Assembly (NCBI GenBank): GCA_018238545.1
Contig: JABCTC010000027.1
Span: 1-46,807 of the forward strand
Direction: 5' to 3'
From: Candidatus Heimdallarchaeota archaeon
Lineage (GTDB): Archaea; Asgardarchaeota; Heimdallarchaeia; Heimdallarchaeales; Heimdallarchaeaceae
DNA length: 46,807 bases
Position numbers and translations under genes: made by a program. Positions 36,157 to 46,161 of this stretch are shown piece by piece; position 1 is the first letter of the stretch; every line of letters starts with the position of its first letter. The notes beneath the pieces were generated by a model, which saw only the letters and a list, made by a program, of their open reading frames with translations, made no database searches and was not told where the DNA came from.

Positions 36157-36606
36157 TTATGCAAATCCTATTACTGTACTTGTTGGCAGTAATTTTCTAA
36201 GAGTAATAAGATCTGGTTTATATAAAAATGTTAAATGTTTCGGGAGGAGATTATCAATGAATTCAACCCATGTTCCTTTGAATTTATCTAACACTTTTAA
36301 AACTAAGAACTGATCAATCAACTCACCAGAGATAGCATAGGTACCCAGTCCAAGATCTCTTCGCCTAATTATCAGAAAGGGAAGAAGAACTTCATTTTCT
36401 TTCTTGGTGGGACAAATAGAGAGAAGCAAATCTATTTCTTTTTTGTTAATATGTAGTTGGCTATTATCCCTACTAACGTACACATTGTAACCTTTGTTAG
36501 CTAAACTTAAAGGAACTCTTTTCTTAGGCAGATGTAAGTTAATTGAATCTATTTCATGTTTTAGGAAATTGCTTAATTTGTCGTCAAATCCCAAATATTT
36601 CACCAA
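36157..36606 (-). CDS. DUF61-family archaeal protein
   Basis: EIDSINLHLPKKRVPL..RDNSQLHI..E....L..LLPFLI..LRKLLPTSTVI pattern recognised as DUF61. Confidence 0.75.
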   Translation of the reverse strand: MVKYLGFDDKLSNFLKHEIDSINLHLPKKRVPLSLANKGYNVYVSRDNSQLHINKKEIDLLLSICPTKKENEVLLPFLIIRRRDLGLGTYAISGELIDQFLVLKVLDKFKGTWVEFIDNLLPKHLTFLYKPDLITLRKLLPTSTVIGFA

Positions 36607-37401
36607 TCAATTTCCTGAGTACGTTTTGGGGAAAAAGATTTTATCAATATTATAGTAAATCAAATGTGTTCCAATCAAAAATGGAATGAATAGTGTTATA
36701 ATATTGAATATGATGAAGATGAAAACTGCTCCGACAAGATAGACAAAATATAGATCTACGATGTTGAACCCAAAGATGAATACTGTGGCGATTACTAGGT
36801 TTACTAGGATGTCAAGGAAAATAGCATAAATCAGCCAAATGACTATTTCCTTTTTCTTTAGTGTGAATTTCTTAATTGATTTTCCTAGGATATAACCAAT
36901 AATAATTGCAAAAGGAACACCAAGTATTACTGAAGATCCTTTTATGAAAAGGATGGAGGATAGGTTAGCAGGAACATTCAATGATAGAGCTATATTTGGA
37001 TCTGTTGGATCATATGATGCTAGCGCTACAAGAAGATTCAATAGATAATGAAGTATTGACACTGCTATGAAAATCAGTGTCATATAGAGAAATTTCATGC
37101 CAGAGGAGTACTCTTTCAATTGTGTTGGTTCTGTTTTCTCTTTTTTCTTTGAATCCTTTTTCTTATCTGTAACTTCTGCATCTGGTATTTCCGGCATTGC
37201 AGGCATTGCTGGGTAATCAGAAGTGCTTTCCTTTTCAACTACACGAGGTGGTGCTCCAGGTACTGACACACTTGGATCATCTGCATGTTCTTTAAACACT
37301 TCAGCATTTTCATCTATATCTGTATCACAGAAGACACATTTAGTAGTGCCAGCGATATTAAGATTACCACAATTTGTGCAACGGACAAAATCTTCACTCA
37401 T
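36607..37401 (-). CDS. Zinc-ribbon membrane protein
   Basis: CTNCG..CVFC, Pro-rich then Lys-rich linker, four TM segments. Confidence 0.75.
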   Translation of the reverse strand: MSEDFVRCTNCGNLNIAGTTKCVFCDTDIDENAEVFKEHADDPSVSVPGAPPRVVEKESTSDYPAMPAMPEIPDAEVTDKKKDSKKKEKTEPTQLKEYSSGMKFLYMTLIFIAVSILHYLLNLLVALASYDPTDPNIALSLNVPANLSSILFIKGSSVILGVPFAIIIGYILGKSIKKFTLKKKEIVIWLIYAIFLDILVNLVIATVFIFGFNIVDLYFVYLVGAVFIFIIFNIITLFIPFLIGTHLIYYNIDKIFFPKTYSGN

Positions 37402-37445
37402 TAATATATAATTAAACTAATGAATTAAAAAAGTATCTAAAATTC

Positions 37446-38618
37446 TCAATGATTTACTTTATACTTCTTAGAATCATCTATCAGTTTTTGGAATAGTTTT
37501 TCTTGTTTCTTTGGAAGAGGCATTTTATCTTTCAATTGTGTTAAGAGTTCTTTTTCATTCTCGGATAATTTACCAGGGATAGCATAATGAACAATAATCA
37601 GAAAGTCCCCATAGTTAATGCCGTACTGCGTTTTTCTTTGAATGCCTTTTCGACTAAGACGCAAGACGTTGCCCTCTTTTGTTTTCTTTGGTATTTTCAC
37701 TTTTTCCGGACCATAAGGAGTAGGGACTATCATATCGCCACCTAAAACAGCAATTGGATAGGGGATAGATAGTTCAACTATTATGTTATCATTTTGTCTT
37801 TTATAGAAGAGATGAGAGTCTACTATCAATCGGAAATAAAGATCCCCTCTAGGTCCACCCAAACGACCTTTTTCGCCTTTTCCTCGTACTCTTAATCGAA
37901 AACCAGTGTCTACACCAGGAGGAATATCCAATTTAATCCTCTCATCTTCCCTTGAATCTCCGGTACCTCTGCATGTTTTGCAAGGTTTTGATATGACCTC
38001 TCCGCCACCATTGCATCGTCTGCATGTTTGTTGAGTACTAAATGTGCCAAATGCTGTTCTTTGACTAACCATCACTATACCTGCACCTTTACACTCAGGA
38101 CAAGTTTCAGGAGATGCACCCTTTTCTGCTCCAATTCCACTGCAATCTGGACAAGGTTTCTTAATTGGCACATCAATAATCTTCTTAGTACCATAAATTG
38201 CATCCTCAAAAGAAATTCCATAATTCATCAGCAAGTCCGAACCCTTTTGCGGACCAGATGGGCGCCTAGCTCTTCTTCTCCCGAAAAGACTACTGAATAT
38301 ATCATCTCCTGAAAAATCGTTTTGAAAGATAGAATTGAAAATATCCATAACCGAAGAAAAATCACCGGAATTAACATTTGAAAAACGAGATTCTACACCA
38401 CTAAAACCAAATCTATCGTAAGCAGACCTTTTTTCAGAATCAGCTAATATCTCATAAGCTTCAGAGGCTTCTTTAAATTTATTAGCTGCTTCTGGATCAT
38501 CTGGATTACGGTCAGGATGATACTGCATTGCTTTCTTTCTGAAAGACTTTTTAATGTCGGCTTCTGTTGCATCTTTCGAGACATCTAGAACCTCATAATA
38601 ATCTCGCTTTTCTGACAT
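37446..38618 (-). CDS. dnaJ: Molecular chaperone DnaJ
   Basis: DYYEVL, HPD motif, G/F region, four CxxCxGxG repeats, C-terminal domain. Confidence 0.97.
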   Translation of the reverse strand: MSEKRDYYEVLDVSKDATEADIKKSFRKKAMQYHPDRNPDDPEAANKFKEASEAYEILADSEKRSAYDRFGFSGVESRFSNVNSGDFSSVMDIFNSIFQNDFSGDDIFSSLFGRRRARRPSGPQKGSDLLMNYGISFEDAIYGTKKIIDVPIKKPCPDCSGIGAEKGASPETCPECKGAGIVMVSQRTAFGTFSTQQTCRRCNGGGEVISKPCKTCRGTGDSREDERIKLDIPPGVDTGFRLRVRGKGEKGRLGGPRGDLYFRLIVDSHLFYKRQNDNIIVELSIPYPIAVLGGDMIVPTPYGPEKVKIPKKTKEGNVLRLSRKGIQRKTQYGINYGDFLIIVHYAIPGKLSENEKELLTQLKDKMPLPKKQEKLFQKLIDDSKKYKVNH

Positions 38619-38707
38619 TGTGATTCATCTATTATTTTATGGATATAAAAACAAGAAAGAAAGAAGTAATAAAAATATTATCGGTTAAAGAGAAGTTAGA
38701 ATTTTAT

Positions 38708-40603
38708 CTAATCTTCATCTTCAACTGGTTCATAATCAACATCTATTACTTGTTCTTCATCAATGTCAGGCTGTTGAGGAGCGCCTGGTGTAGGTCCATC
38801 TCCTGCTGGAGTAAATGGATCCTGACCAGGTTGAGGGCCTCCAGGTGCTTGACCTGTTTCAGCATATATTCTTTGAGCTACTTTGGAAATCTCTTGCATA
38901 AGGTCTTCAGTTTTATTCTTCAACTTTTCAATGTCATCCTTTTCCATTTCTTTCTTAAGAACCTCAACTTTCTCGTCCATTGCCTTCTTTTCGTCTTCAG
39001 TTACTTTGTCTTCTAAATCTTTGAGAGTTTTCTCAGCTGTATAGATAGCTTGTTCTGCTGTATTTCTTGTTTCAACAGCAGTTTTTCTCTTCTCATCTTC
39101 TTCTTTATACTTCTCTGCATCTACTCTCATTTTTTCTATCTCGTCTTCAGAAAGACTTGATGATTGAATTACGATACTTTGTTCCTTTCCAGTTCCTAGA
39201 TCTTTTGCTGAAACTTGGAGAATACCATTAGCATCCATATCGAAAGCTACTTCGATTTGTGGAATACCTCTTGGAGCTGGAGGAATACCTACTAACTGGA
39301 ATCTTCCAAGTGTTATATTGTCAGGAGCCATTTTTCTTTCTCCTTGTAGAACATGTATTTCTACGGAAGTTTGCATATCAGCGGCAGTCGAGAAAACGTT
39401 CTTTTTGGTTACAGGAATAGTAGTATTTCTTTCTATAAGAGGGGTCATAATCGAACCTAGTGTTTCTAATCCCAAAGTAAGGGGTGTAACATCTAGAAGA
39501 AGAATATCTTTAACTTCACCAGCAAGAACAGCAGCTTGGACAGCTGCTCCCAGTGCAACAACTTCTTCAGGAGCTACGCCTTTGTACGGTTCTTTGTTGA
39601 AAATCTCTTTAGTCATATCTCTGATCATGGGCATTCGTGTTGCACCACCAACCAAAATAATCTTGTCTAAATCATTAGCCTTCTTACCTGAATCTTTCAT
39701 TGCCTGCTTGGTAGGTCCTACGCATTTTTTAACAAGGTCTCTTGTAATATCCTCAAATTTTGCTCTTGAAAGCTCTAAATCAAGATGTTTAGGTCCAGAA
39801 GCATCAGCTGTAACATAAGGTAAACTTATTCTTGTTTTCAATTTTGATGTTAGTTCGATTTTAGCTTCTTCTGCTGCATCTTTTAATCTCTGCATAACTT
39901 TTGCATCTTTTGTAAGATCAATTCCTTCTTTTTTCTTGAATTCATCTACAATCCAATCGATTATTCTTTGATCCCAGTCATCTCCACCTAGTAAGTTATT
40001 ACCACTAGTTGCAATTACTTTGAATAAACCATCATCAAGTTCTAATATTGAAACATCAAAGGTTCCTCCACCAAGATCAAACACTAACACTCTTTCTGTG
40101 CCCTCCTTTTCTAAACCATAAGCTAATGCACTAGCAGTTGGTTCGTTAACAATTCTCAAAACCTCTAATCTTGCAATTTCTCCTGCATTCTTTGTAGCGG
40201 TTCTTTGCGCGTCAGAAAAGTATGCTGGTACAGTAATAACAGCTTTGTTAATCTTCTCTCCTAAATATGCCTCTGCATCCTCGACCATTTTTGTTAAAAT
40301 CATTGCAGAAATCTCTTCGGGTCTGTATTCTTTTCCGTCTAGAGAAAATCTATAATCTGTACCCATCTTTCTCTTGATACTTCTAATTGTTCGGTCATGC
40401 ATTGCAATTGATTGCCTTTTTGCTTGAATCCCTACAGTTCTTGTACCATCTTCATTGATTGTAACAACACTAGGTGTTAATCGTCCACCTTCTAAGTTTG
40501 GTATGATTTCTGGTTTTCCAGCAACCATATGTGCAATACCAGAGTTGGTTGTACCTAGATCTATCCCAACAACTAACTCTTTCTTTGTTTTTTCTTTACT
40601 CAA
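38708..40603 (-). CDS. dnaK: Molecular chaperone DnaK (Hsp70)
   Basis: [47 protein letters not shown]. Short N-terminal indel form typical of archaea and Gram-positives. GGTGA points to TTG 40603. Confidence 0.97.
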   Translation of the reverse strand: MSKEKTKKELVVGIDLGTTNSGIAHMVAGKPEIIPNLEGGRLTPSVVTINEDGTRTVGIQAKRQSIAMHDRTIRSIKRKMGTDYRFSLDGKEYRPEEISAMILTKMVEDAEAYLGEKINKAVITVPAYFSDAQRTATKNAGEIARLEVLRIVNEPTASALAYGLEKEGTERVLVFDLGGGTFDVSILELDDGLFKVIATSGNNLLGGDDWDQRIIDWIVDEFKKKEGIDLTKDAKVMQRLKDAAEEAKIELTSKLKTRISLPYVTADASGPKHLDLELSRAKFEDITRDLVKKCVGPTKQAMKDSGKKANDLDKIILVGGATRMPMIRDMTKEIFNKEPYKGVAPEEVVALGAAVQAAVLAGEVKDILLLDVTPLTLGLETLGSIMTPLIERNTTIPVTKKNVFSTAADMQTSVEIHVLQGERKMAPDNITLGRFQLVGIPPAPRGIPQIEVAFDMDANGILQVSAKDLGTGKEQSIVIQSSSLSEDEIEKMRVDAEKYKEEDEKRKTAVETRNTAEQAIYTAEKTLKDLEDKVTEDEKKAMDEKVEVLKKEMEKDDIEKLKNKTEDLMQEISKVAQRIYAETGQAPGGPQPGQDPFTPAGDGPTPGAPQQPDIDEEQVIDVDYEPVEDED

Positions 40604-40635
40604 ATCTATCACCGTTAAATAAGCATTATAGTAAC

Positions 40636-40697
40636 AAAATGAAACTCATTTTCAGAATGAAACTTCTATTCGAAATCGCAGTTCGCTGATATATAAA
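40636..40697 (-). promoter_or_regulatory. dnaK promoter (TTTATATA at 40690-40697) and repeat-containing leader
   Basis: AAAATGA-AAC-TCATTTT palindrome at 40636-40652 and two copies of AATGAAACT between the TATA box and the start codon. Confidence 0.5.
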
Positions 40698-40777
40698 TGT
40701 TGGCATTAATAAAAAAATATTAAGAGAAGAAAGAGGGAGGAAACGTAAGGATAAAAAGAAGAGGAGGAGACCTAATT

Positions 40778-41800
40778 TTAGGTTTTGACTGGCTTTTTTT
40801 GTGTTCTTCCTTTTCTTCTTGTACGTTTTGGTTTTGTATAGTAGGGAGACTTGTTCAGCAGGATTTTTCTAGCGATTGGTTTGACTAGTGAGATTAAGAA
40901 TCTTCTAAATCGGATTTTCTTTTTGAAAACTTTAAGAAAATCATCAAATGTATAGTGCTGGAAATTTAGTAATTCTTGAGCATCCTTAGTGTACATCCAA
41001 TCGCAGTGATAATAATCATCCTCAGTTCTAACTTGTTTAAATGCTGATTCAGGCAGCATATCTATTCCTAAGGCGTTCAACATCTTTGAAACATATTCTC
41101 GTTGGTACAATTGATTACTTTTACCTCCACCAATAAACAGTGTTTTGCCTACAATATCTGCAGATAAAGCATTAACACAAGCTAAAGCTGCATCTCGAGA
41201 ATCGACTATCTCTATCCGTTGTTCTAGAGGGATATCATACATGATGTCAGGAACATTCCAAGTCAGTTCAAAAGGAGTAACTGCGGCAAATCTAAGAATA
41301 ACCCAAGGCAACTTACTATTCCAAAATTTCATTTCCATTTCTATTTTATGTTTGGCATAGTTATCATAATTTAGTGGATCTAATGGATCATCAACAATTA
41401 ATGGAGGTTCATATTTCATTCTATTTCCATGGACTGCTACCGAAGATATGAAAATGAATCTTGGAGGTTTTGGACAGTTTTCTGCAGCCCGAAGTAAATT
41501 TGTAGACCCTGTAACATTTACTGCATATGCTAACTCAGGATAATCATACGCCAAAGGAGGAATAATTGCAGCTAGATGGATAATATAATCTACATCTTTA
41601 ACTAATCTATGTGTTATATCAGGATCTCTAATATCTCCCCAAACAACTTCATAATTCCCCAATTTTCTAAGTTTTAATTCAGTGTTCACATTTCGTGTTG
41701 TTCTTATATCAAAACATCGCACCGTATATTCTTTTTTTAACAAGACCTCAAGAGTTCTCTGACCAACATTGCCAAATGCACCCGTTAATAATACTCTCAT
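40778..41800 (-). CDS. Extended SDR, NAD-dependent epimerase/dehydratase family
   Basis: MRVLLTGAFGNVG, GDIRD, IIHLAA, NVTGSTNLL, ISSVAVHG, YAKHK (YxxxK). Confidence 0.9.
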   Translation of the reverse strand: MRVLLTGAFGNVGQRTLEVLLKKEYTVRCFDIRTTRNVNTELKLRKLGNYEVVWGDIRDPDITHRLVKDVDYIIHLAAIIPPLAYDYPELAYAVNVTGSTNLLRAAENCPKPPRFIFISSVAVHGNRMKYEPPLIVDDPLDPLNYDNYAKHKIEMEMKFWNSKLPWVILRFAAVTPFELTWNVPDIMYDIPLEQRIEIVDSRDAALACVNALSADIVGKTLFIGGGKSNQLYQREYVSKMLNALGIDMLPESAFKQVRTEDDYYHCDWMYTKDAQELLNFQHYTFDDFLKVFKKKIRFRRFLISLVKPIARKILLNKSPYYTKPKRTRRKGRTQKKPVKT

Positions 41801-42060
41801 GAGTCTATTAGTGCCTTTAACCGATAAGTCAAATTGCTTGCAACGATTCGACAAGAGTAATTCGGTTTTTTTAGAATTATCTCGTAGAAAAACTTATATA
41901 GTCACCAAATGACCTCAAAAAGCCCCCAAATACAGACAGAATGAGGGTCTGGAATGGATAAAGAGATTTACCAGATAAAAGAGTAATTATATGGTTTTGG
42001 AATTACTAAGAAGAAATTAAACGAAAGAAGGTTTTTGAAGTATATCAGGTGATAGAAAAA

Positions 42061-42918
42061 TTATACAATAAATTCTCCTTTCACGACAAGTATAGATTTT
42101 CCAATTAGTTCCACACGATTGTTTTCTAAAATTTTCACGATTATTTCTCCTCCTCTTTTAGATATTTGGTAACCTTTCATTTCTTTTTTGCCAAGTTTCT
42201 TTGCCCAGTATGGTGCTAAGATTGTATGAGCTGATCCTGTAACTGGATCTTCGTTTATACCAACCCATGGAGCAAAAAATCTTGAGATGAAGTCATAGTT
42301 TTCTCCACCTCTCGCTGTTACAATTACTCCACGTATTTCAAAGCTAAGAGACAAGTTTTTTAGTTTCTCAAAATCTGGTTTTAGACCAGAAATGATTTCT
42401 TTTGAATCTACTTCAATTAGCATATCTGTAACGCCTTTGGAATAAGCAAAAACTTCAGCTGTTTTTACACCTAAAGCATCGAGTAGTGTGGGAAGCGGTT
42501 CGGTAATTTCAGGTTCATTCATAGGGAAATTCAGTATAGCTCCATCTTCAGTCTTTGATGCCATTAACTCGCCACTTAATGTTTCGTAAATTACAGAGTT
42601 GGAATCTATTTTAAGTATGTGAAACAACAAATGTGAAGTAGCAAGAGTTGCATGGCCACATAAATTTACTTCAACTTGAGGAGTAAACCAACGTAAACGA
42701 AATCTATTCAATTTCTTGATTTCATCGACATTGGGAACGTAAAGAAAAGCGGTCTCTGAAAGGTTCATCTCTGCAGCAATTTTCTGCAAAGTTATATCAG
42801 GATAAGTTTCTGAGATTAAACAAATCGCTGCAGGATTCCCCCTAAAAGGTTCATCAGTAAATGCATCAATCTGATATATAGGAATAGCATTTGCTTTTTT
42901 TATCTTTTCCACCTTCAA
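42061..42918 (-). CDS. PhzF-family isomerase
   Basis: QIDAFTDEPFRGNPAA, EMNLSETAF, LRWFTP..EVNLCGHATLA, SRFFAPWVGINEDPVTGSAH. Confidence 0.95.
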   Translation of the reverse strand: MKVEKIKKANAIPIYQIDAFTDEPFRGNPAAICLISETYPDITLQKIAAEMNLSETAFLYVPNVDEIKKLNRFRLRWFTPQVEVNLCGHATLATSHLLFHILKIDSNSVIYETLSGELMASKTEDGAILNFPMNEPEITEPLPTLLDALGVKTAEVFAYSKGVTDMLIEVDSKEIISGLKPDFEKLKNLSLSFEIRGVIVTARGGENYDFISRFFAPWVGINEDPVTGSAHTILAPYWAKKLGKKEMKGYQISKRGGEIIVKILENNRVELIGKSILVVKGEFIV

Positions 42919-43051
42919 GAAGACATTATATCTATTCTTACTTTATCCTAAATCCATATTAAGTATTTTTGTAAGGATTTGGAAGTTATCTCTTTTTCTT
43001 GATTTTATATATTGGCAAAAATTTATGAATAAGATTAACTAAAGTCAGAAT

Positions 43052-46048
43052 ATGAAACGAAAAGCAATTGTTAGTTTCAGCTTTCTTTTACTTACTATTT
43101 TCATAATACAAGTTAGTGCTGTCATGATATCACCAACACAAGGTGCGATTGTTGAAGCTTCACCCTCTGAAGAGGTGTTTTTTGATTCGATGAGAGAGTA
43201 TGTCGTACTCTTTGATTCTGAAGAAGCTTTTGACAATTATGTCAGCGACGGGGATTATTTGTTAGCATTCCCATATCTGAAAATAGTTGCAATCGAAGAT
43301 ATGCTGAGTAATAAAATAGAACTCCAGAATTTAGTTGGAGTGAAAAGAATTTTTGACATAACAGATACTAAATTCCAAATTCTAAAACCCATACCATCCA
43401 GTCCAATTGATTCTGTTTTAGATAACATCAAATTTACAGTATCAACAGCCGATCAAATCAATGTTTCAGGTGTATGGAATATGGGTTACGATGGCTCAGG
43501 AACCGTTGTGTATAACATTGACACAGGAATTAACGAAGATCATTTAGATTTCACAGGAAAAATCCTTGCAGGGAGTATGTCATTCGTTAATAGATTATAT
43601 GGACATAAATATACAACAACTTCTATTAATGATAAAAATGGTCATGGTACTCATACTGCTGGTACAGCAGCAGGTGCAGGTATTGCTAACCCAAACTACA
43701 AAGGAATGGCTCCAGGAGCTGATATTCTCGTAGGTAGAGTAGGGGGAGCGGGCGATGAGCTACCCATTTGGTCAATATTAGCAGCCTTGGAATACGCCTT
43801 AGAATATGAAGCAACTGTTGAAGATATCGATGTTGTTAACATGAGTCTTGGTTCAAGCGATCAAGAAGGTATGGATCTCGAAGAAACCCTTGTAGAAATC
43901 TTATGGAGTGAAGGAATGTTCATCTCAAATTCAGCAGGAAATTATGACGATATTTCCAGAGACTATATATCTGTAGGATCAGCTAGTTCAGCTCCTCAAG
44001 TCATGAGTGTTGCAGCAGTTGATTCAAATGGTTTCTTAGCGATCTTTAGCGTTTTAGGTCCAACTGCAGACGGATATTATAAACCTGATATTGCAGCTCC
44101 AGGTGTGGATATTTTAAGTTGTTCAACCGATGGAACTGATGGTTACGTTTCTTACAGTGGAACATCTATGGCAGCTCCACATATTACAGGAGCCGTAGCA
44201 GTTATGATTGAGGCACTCAAAGATCTTGGTACCCCTTACGATCCTGGAATGATAAAAGCAGCTTTGATGAAATCAGCTCCTGGACTAGCAGATCATTTAG
44301 GAACTGGAGCGGGAATTCCTGATGTTGGTAATGCATTGCAAATGATAATTGGTGCCCCTACAAACGCTTCAGGTTATCCTACACTTATGTACGCGATTAA
44401 GAACATGCCTACAAACGATCTTAAAATTGCACCTCAAGGTTGGCATCATGAATTCTTTGTTGAATCTGTATCATCTACTCCATGGGAAGATTTAACACCA
44501 GTTTTAACAGGTGATTTAGGTCTCATTGGCTCTATTGAACCAGTACCTTATTCAGATCCATGGACTAAATTCTACAAATTTGTTTTAGATATTCCAACAG
44601 ATTTAGCCCTAGGAGACTACAGTGGAAATATTGTGTTTGAAACATCACAAGGTGTTCAAGCAACAACATATTTCGAGGTAACAGTAACTGAAGGCAATGG
44701 TAGAATATACTATGCTAAACAACACACATCATGGTCTATCGATGGTTATCTTGGCCAATATATCTTTGCAATAGAGGATTTAATGGACAAAGGTATAGCA
44801 ATAAATGAATATAGACATGGTCTGATTACTGATGCTGAATTAGCAGGTTATGATGCCATATGGTTTGCTGATCCATTTGATTATGATTTTCCAAATATGA
44901 TCGCAATCGATCAAACACAACAAAACGCAGATAGAATAACAGCTAGACCTTTGGTGCAATCAGAGATAACTGCTATTCAGAATTTTGTTGCGAATGGTGG
45001 AGGATTATTCATTGATTTACTTGGGCAAACGTCAGAAGTTATAACGCATTTAGGATCGTCAATCGTTGCGGGTAATAATATTACAATGGTCAATAACCTA
45101 ATCTCACCATATGATATAACTGTCTCAGAGGATCTCTTTGATTTCAGTGCAGTTGCTACTTCAGATGTAACAATAACCCATGCGCTCACTGAAGGTGTTA
45201 TCAAAGTTGATCATTATGGAACTACTCTAACGGCTACAGGAGATGCCAACATCCTAACAAAGTGGAATGGTAAAGGAACCACAGCTGCTTATGAAAATGA
45301 TGCAGGAGGAAGAGTAGTTGTTGTGACCACAAACTTCCATTTGGACACAATAGGATATAAAGATGCTTACAATTCTGGAACACAGAACAAGATATTTGTT
45401 AATAATATCTTCAACTGGTTTACTGCAGAAGAGCAACTCATTGGCTCATATGTTCAAGATGCCACAGGAGCAGACATAACTATTGAAAGCCTTAACATAT
45501 CCGCAACTCTTTCAGCAAGCGTTAAAATTGTCACGGCTACTGGACAAACAACTGACACTGTAACATTAACCGAAGATTCACCAGGTATATATTCCTATAG
45601 ACTCACTTTCGGAGAAGAAGCAGCATATACTTTCAAAGCTGAAAGTAGTGATGATGTCTACATTGCTGATTTCTTATTTGACTCATTAGCTCCTGAAATT
45701 ACTGTTGAAGGATGGACTAATGATACAATACCAGAGCTCGCAAGATTGGATTTTGAAGTCATAGATCAGATATCAAATATTCTTTCAATCTCTGTAGAAT
45801 TAAATGAAGAAAATATTAATGTCCAAGGTGCAGGAAAAGCAAGAACCTTTCAGATATTTACATCCAATTTAGTGGATGGAGATAATAATCTTCATATTGT
45901 TGCAACAGATCTAGCAGGAAACACTCTAAATGTCCATTACAACATTCCGACTAAATCGTCAGGTGCTCCAGTTTCAACGTTTGCAATACTTCTAGGAATA
46001 TTATCATTAGCTGCAATTGCAGCATTCAATAGAAGGAAAAAACGGTAA
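43052..46048 (+). CDS. Membrane-anchored S8 subtilisin-like serine protease with GIFT/GATase-like domain
   Basis: Signal peptide, prodomain, catalytic triad IDTGI / HGTHTAG / GTSMAAPH, Ig-like segment, LAGYDAIWFADP..EITAIQNFVANGGGLFI domain, C-terminal TM plus RRKKR. Confidence 0.92.
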   Translation: MKRKAIVSFSFLLLTIFIIQVSAVMISPTQGAIVEASPSEEVFFDSMREYVVLFDSEEAFDNYVSDGDYLLAFPYLKIVAIEDMLSNKIELQNLVGVKRIFDITDTKFQILKPIPSSPIDSVLDNIKFTVSTADQINVSGVWNMGYDGSGTVVYNIDTGINEDHLDFTGKILAGSMSFVNRLYGHKYTTTSINDKNGHGTHTAGTAAGAGIANPNYKGMAPGADILVGRVGGAGDELPIWSILAALEYALEYEATVEDIDVVNMSLGSSDQEGMDLEETLVEILWSEGMFISNSAGNYDDISRDYISVGSASSAPQVMSVAAVDSNGFLAIFSVLGPTADGYYKPDIAAPGVDILSCSTDGTDGYVSYSGTSMAAPHITGAVAVMIEALKDLGTPYDPGMIKAALMKSAPGLADHLGTGAGIPDVGNALQMIIGAPTNASGYPTLMYAIKNMPTNDLKIAPQGWHHEFFVESVSSTPWEDLTPVLTGDLGLIGSIEPVPYSDPWTKFYKFVLDIPTDLALGDYSGNIVFETSQGVQATTYFEVTVTEGNGRIYYAKQHTSWSIDGYLGQYIFAIEDLMDKGIAINEYRHGLITDAELAGYDAIWFADPFDYDFPNMIAIDQTQQNADRITARPLVQSEITAIQNFVANGGGLFIDLLGQTSEVITHLGSSIVAGNNITMVNNLISPYDITVSEDLFDFSAVATSDVTITHALTEGVIKVDHYGTTLTATGDANILTKWNGKGTTAAYENDAGGRVVVVTTNFHLDTIGYKDAYNSGTQNKIFVNNIFNWFTAEEQLIGSYVQDATGADITIESLNISATLSASVKIVTATGQTTDTVTLTEDSPGIYSYRLTFGEEAAYTFKAESSDDVYIADFLFDSLAPEITVEGWTNDTIPELARLDFEVIDQISNILSISVELNEENINVQGAGKARTFQIFTSNLVDGDNNLHIVATDLAGNTLNVHYNIPTKSSGAPVSTFAILLGILSLAAIAAFNRRKKR

Positions 46049-46080
46049 TTTTTCCATCTCATTCTTTTTCTTTTTCTTTT
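46049..46080 (+). terminator. Oligo(T) terminator tract
   Basis: TTTTTCC..TTCTTTTTCTTTTTCTTTT directly after the stop codon. Confidence 0.5.
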
Positions 46081-46161
46081 TATCAATTATTTGCAAAAGT
46101 TTCCATTTTATTATCTTGGTTTTTGAAAAACTTTATGAAAAATATACCCCTAGCAAAAGGC

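Noticed and set aside
39318-39818. 166-aa ORF antisense to dnaK
   Set aside because: Long antisense ORFs opposite hsp70 genes are a well-known codon-pattern shadow. No independent expression signals.
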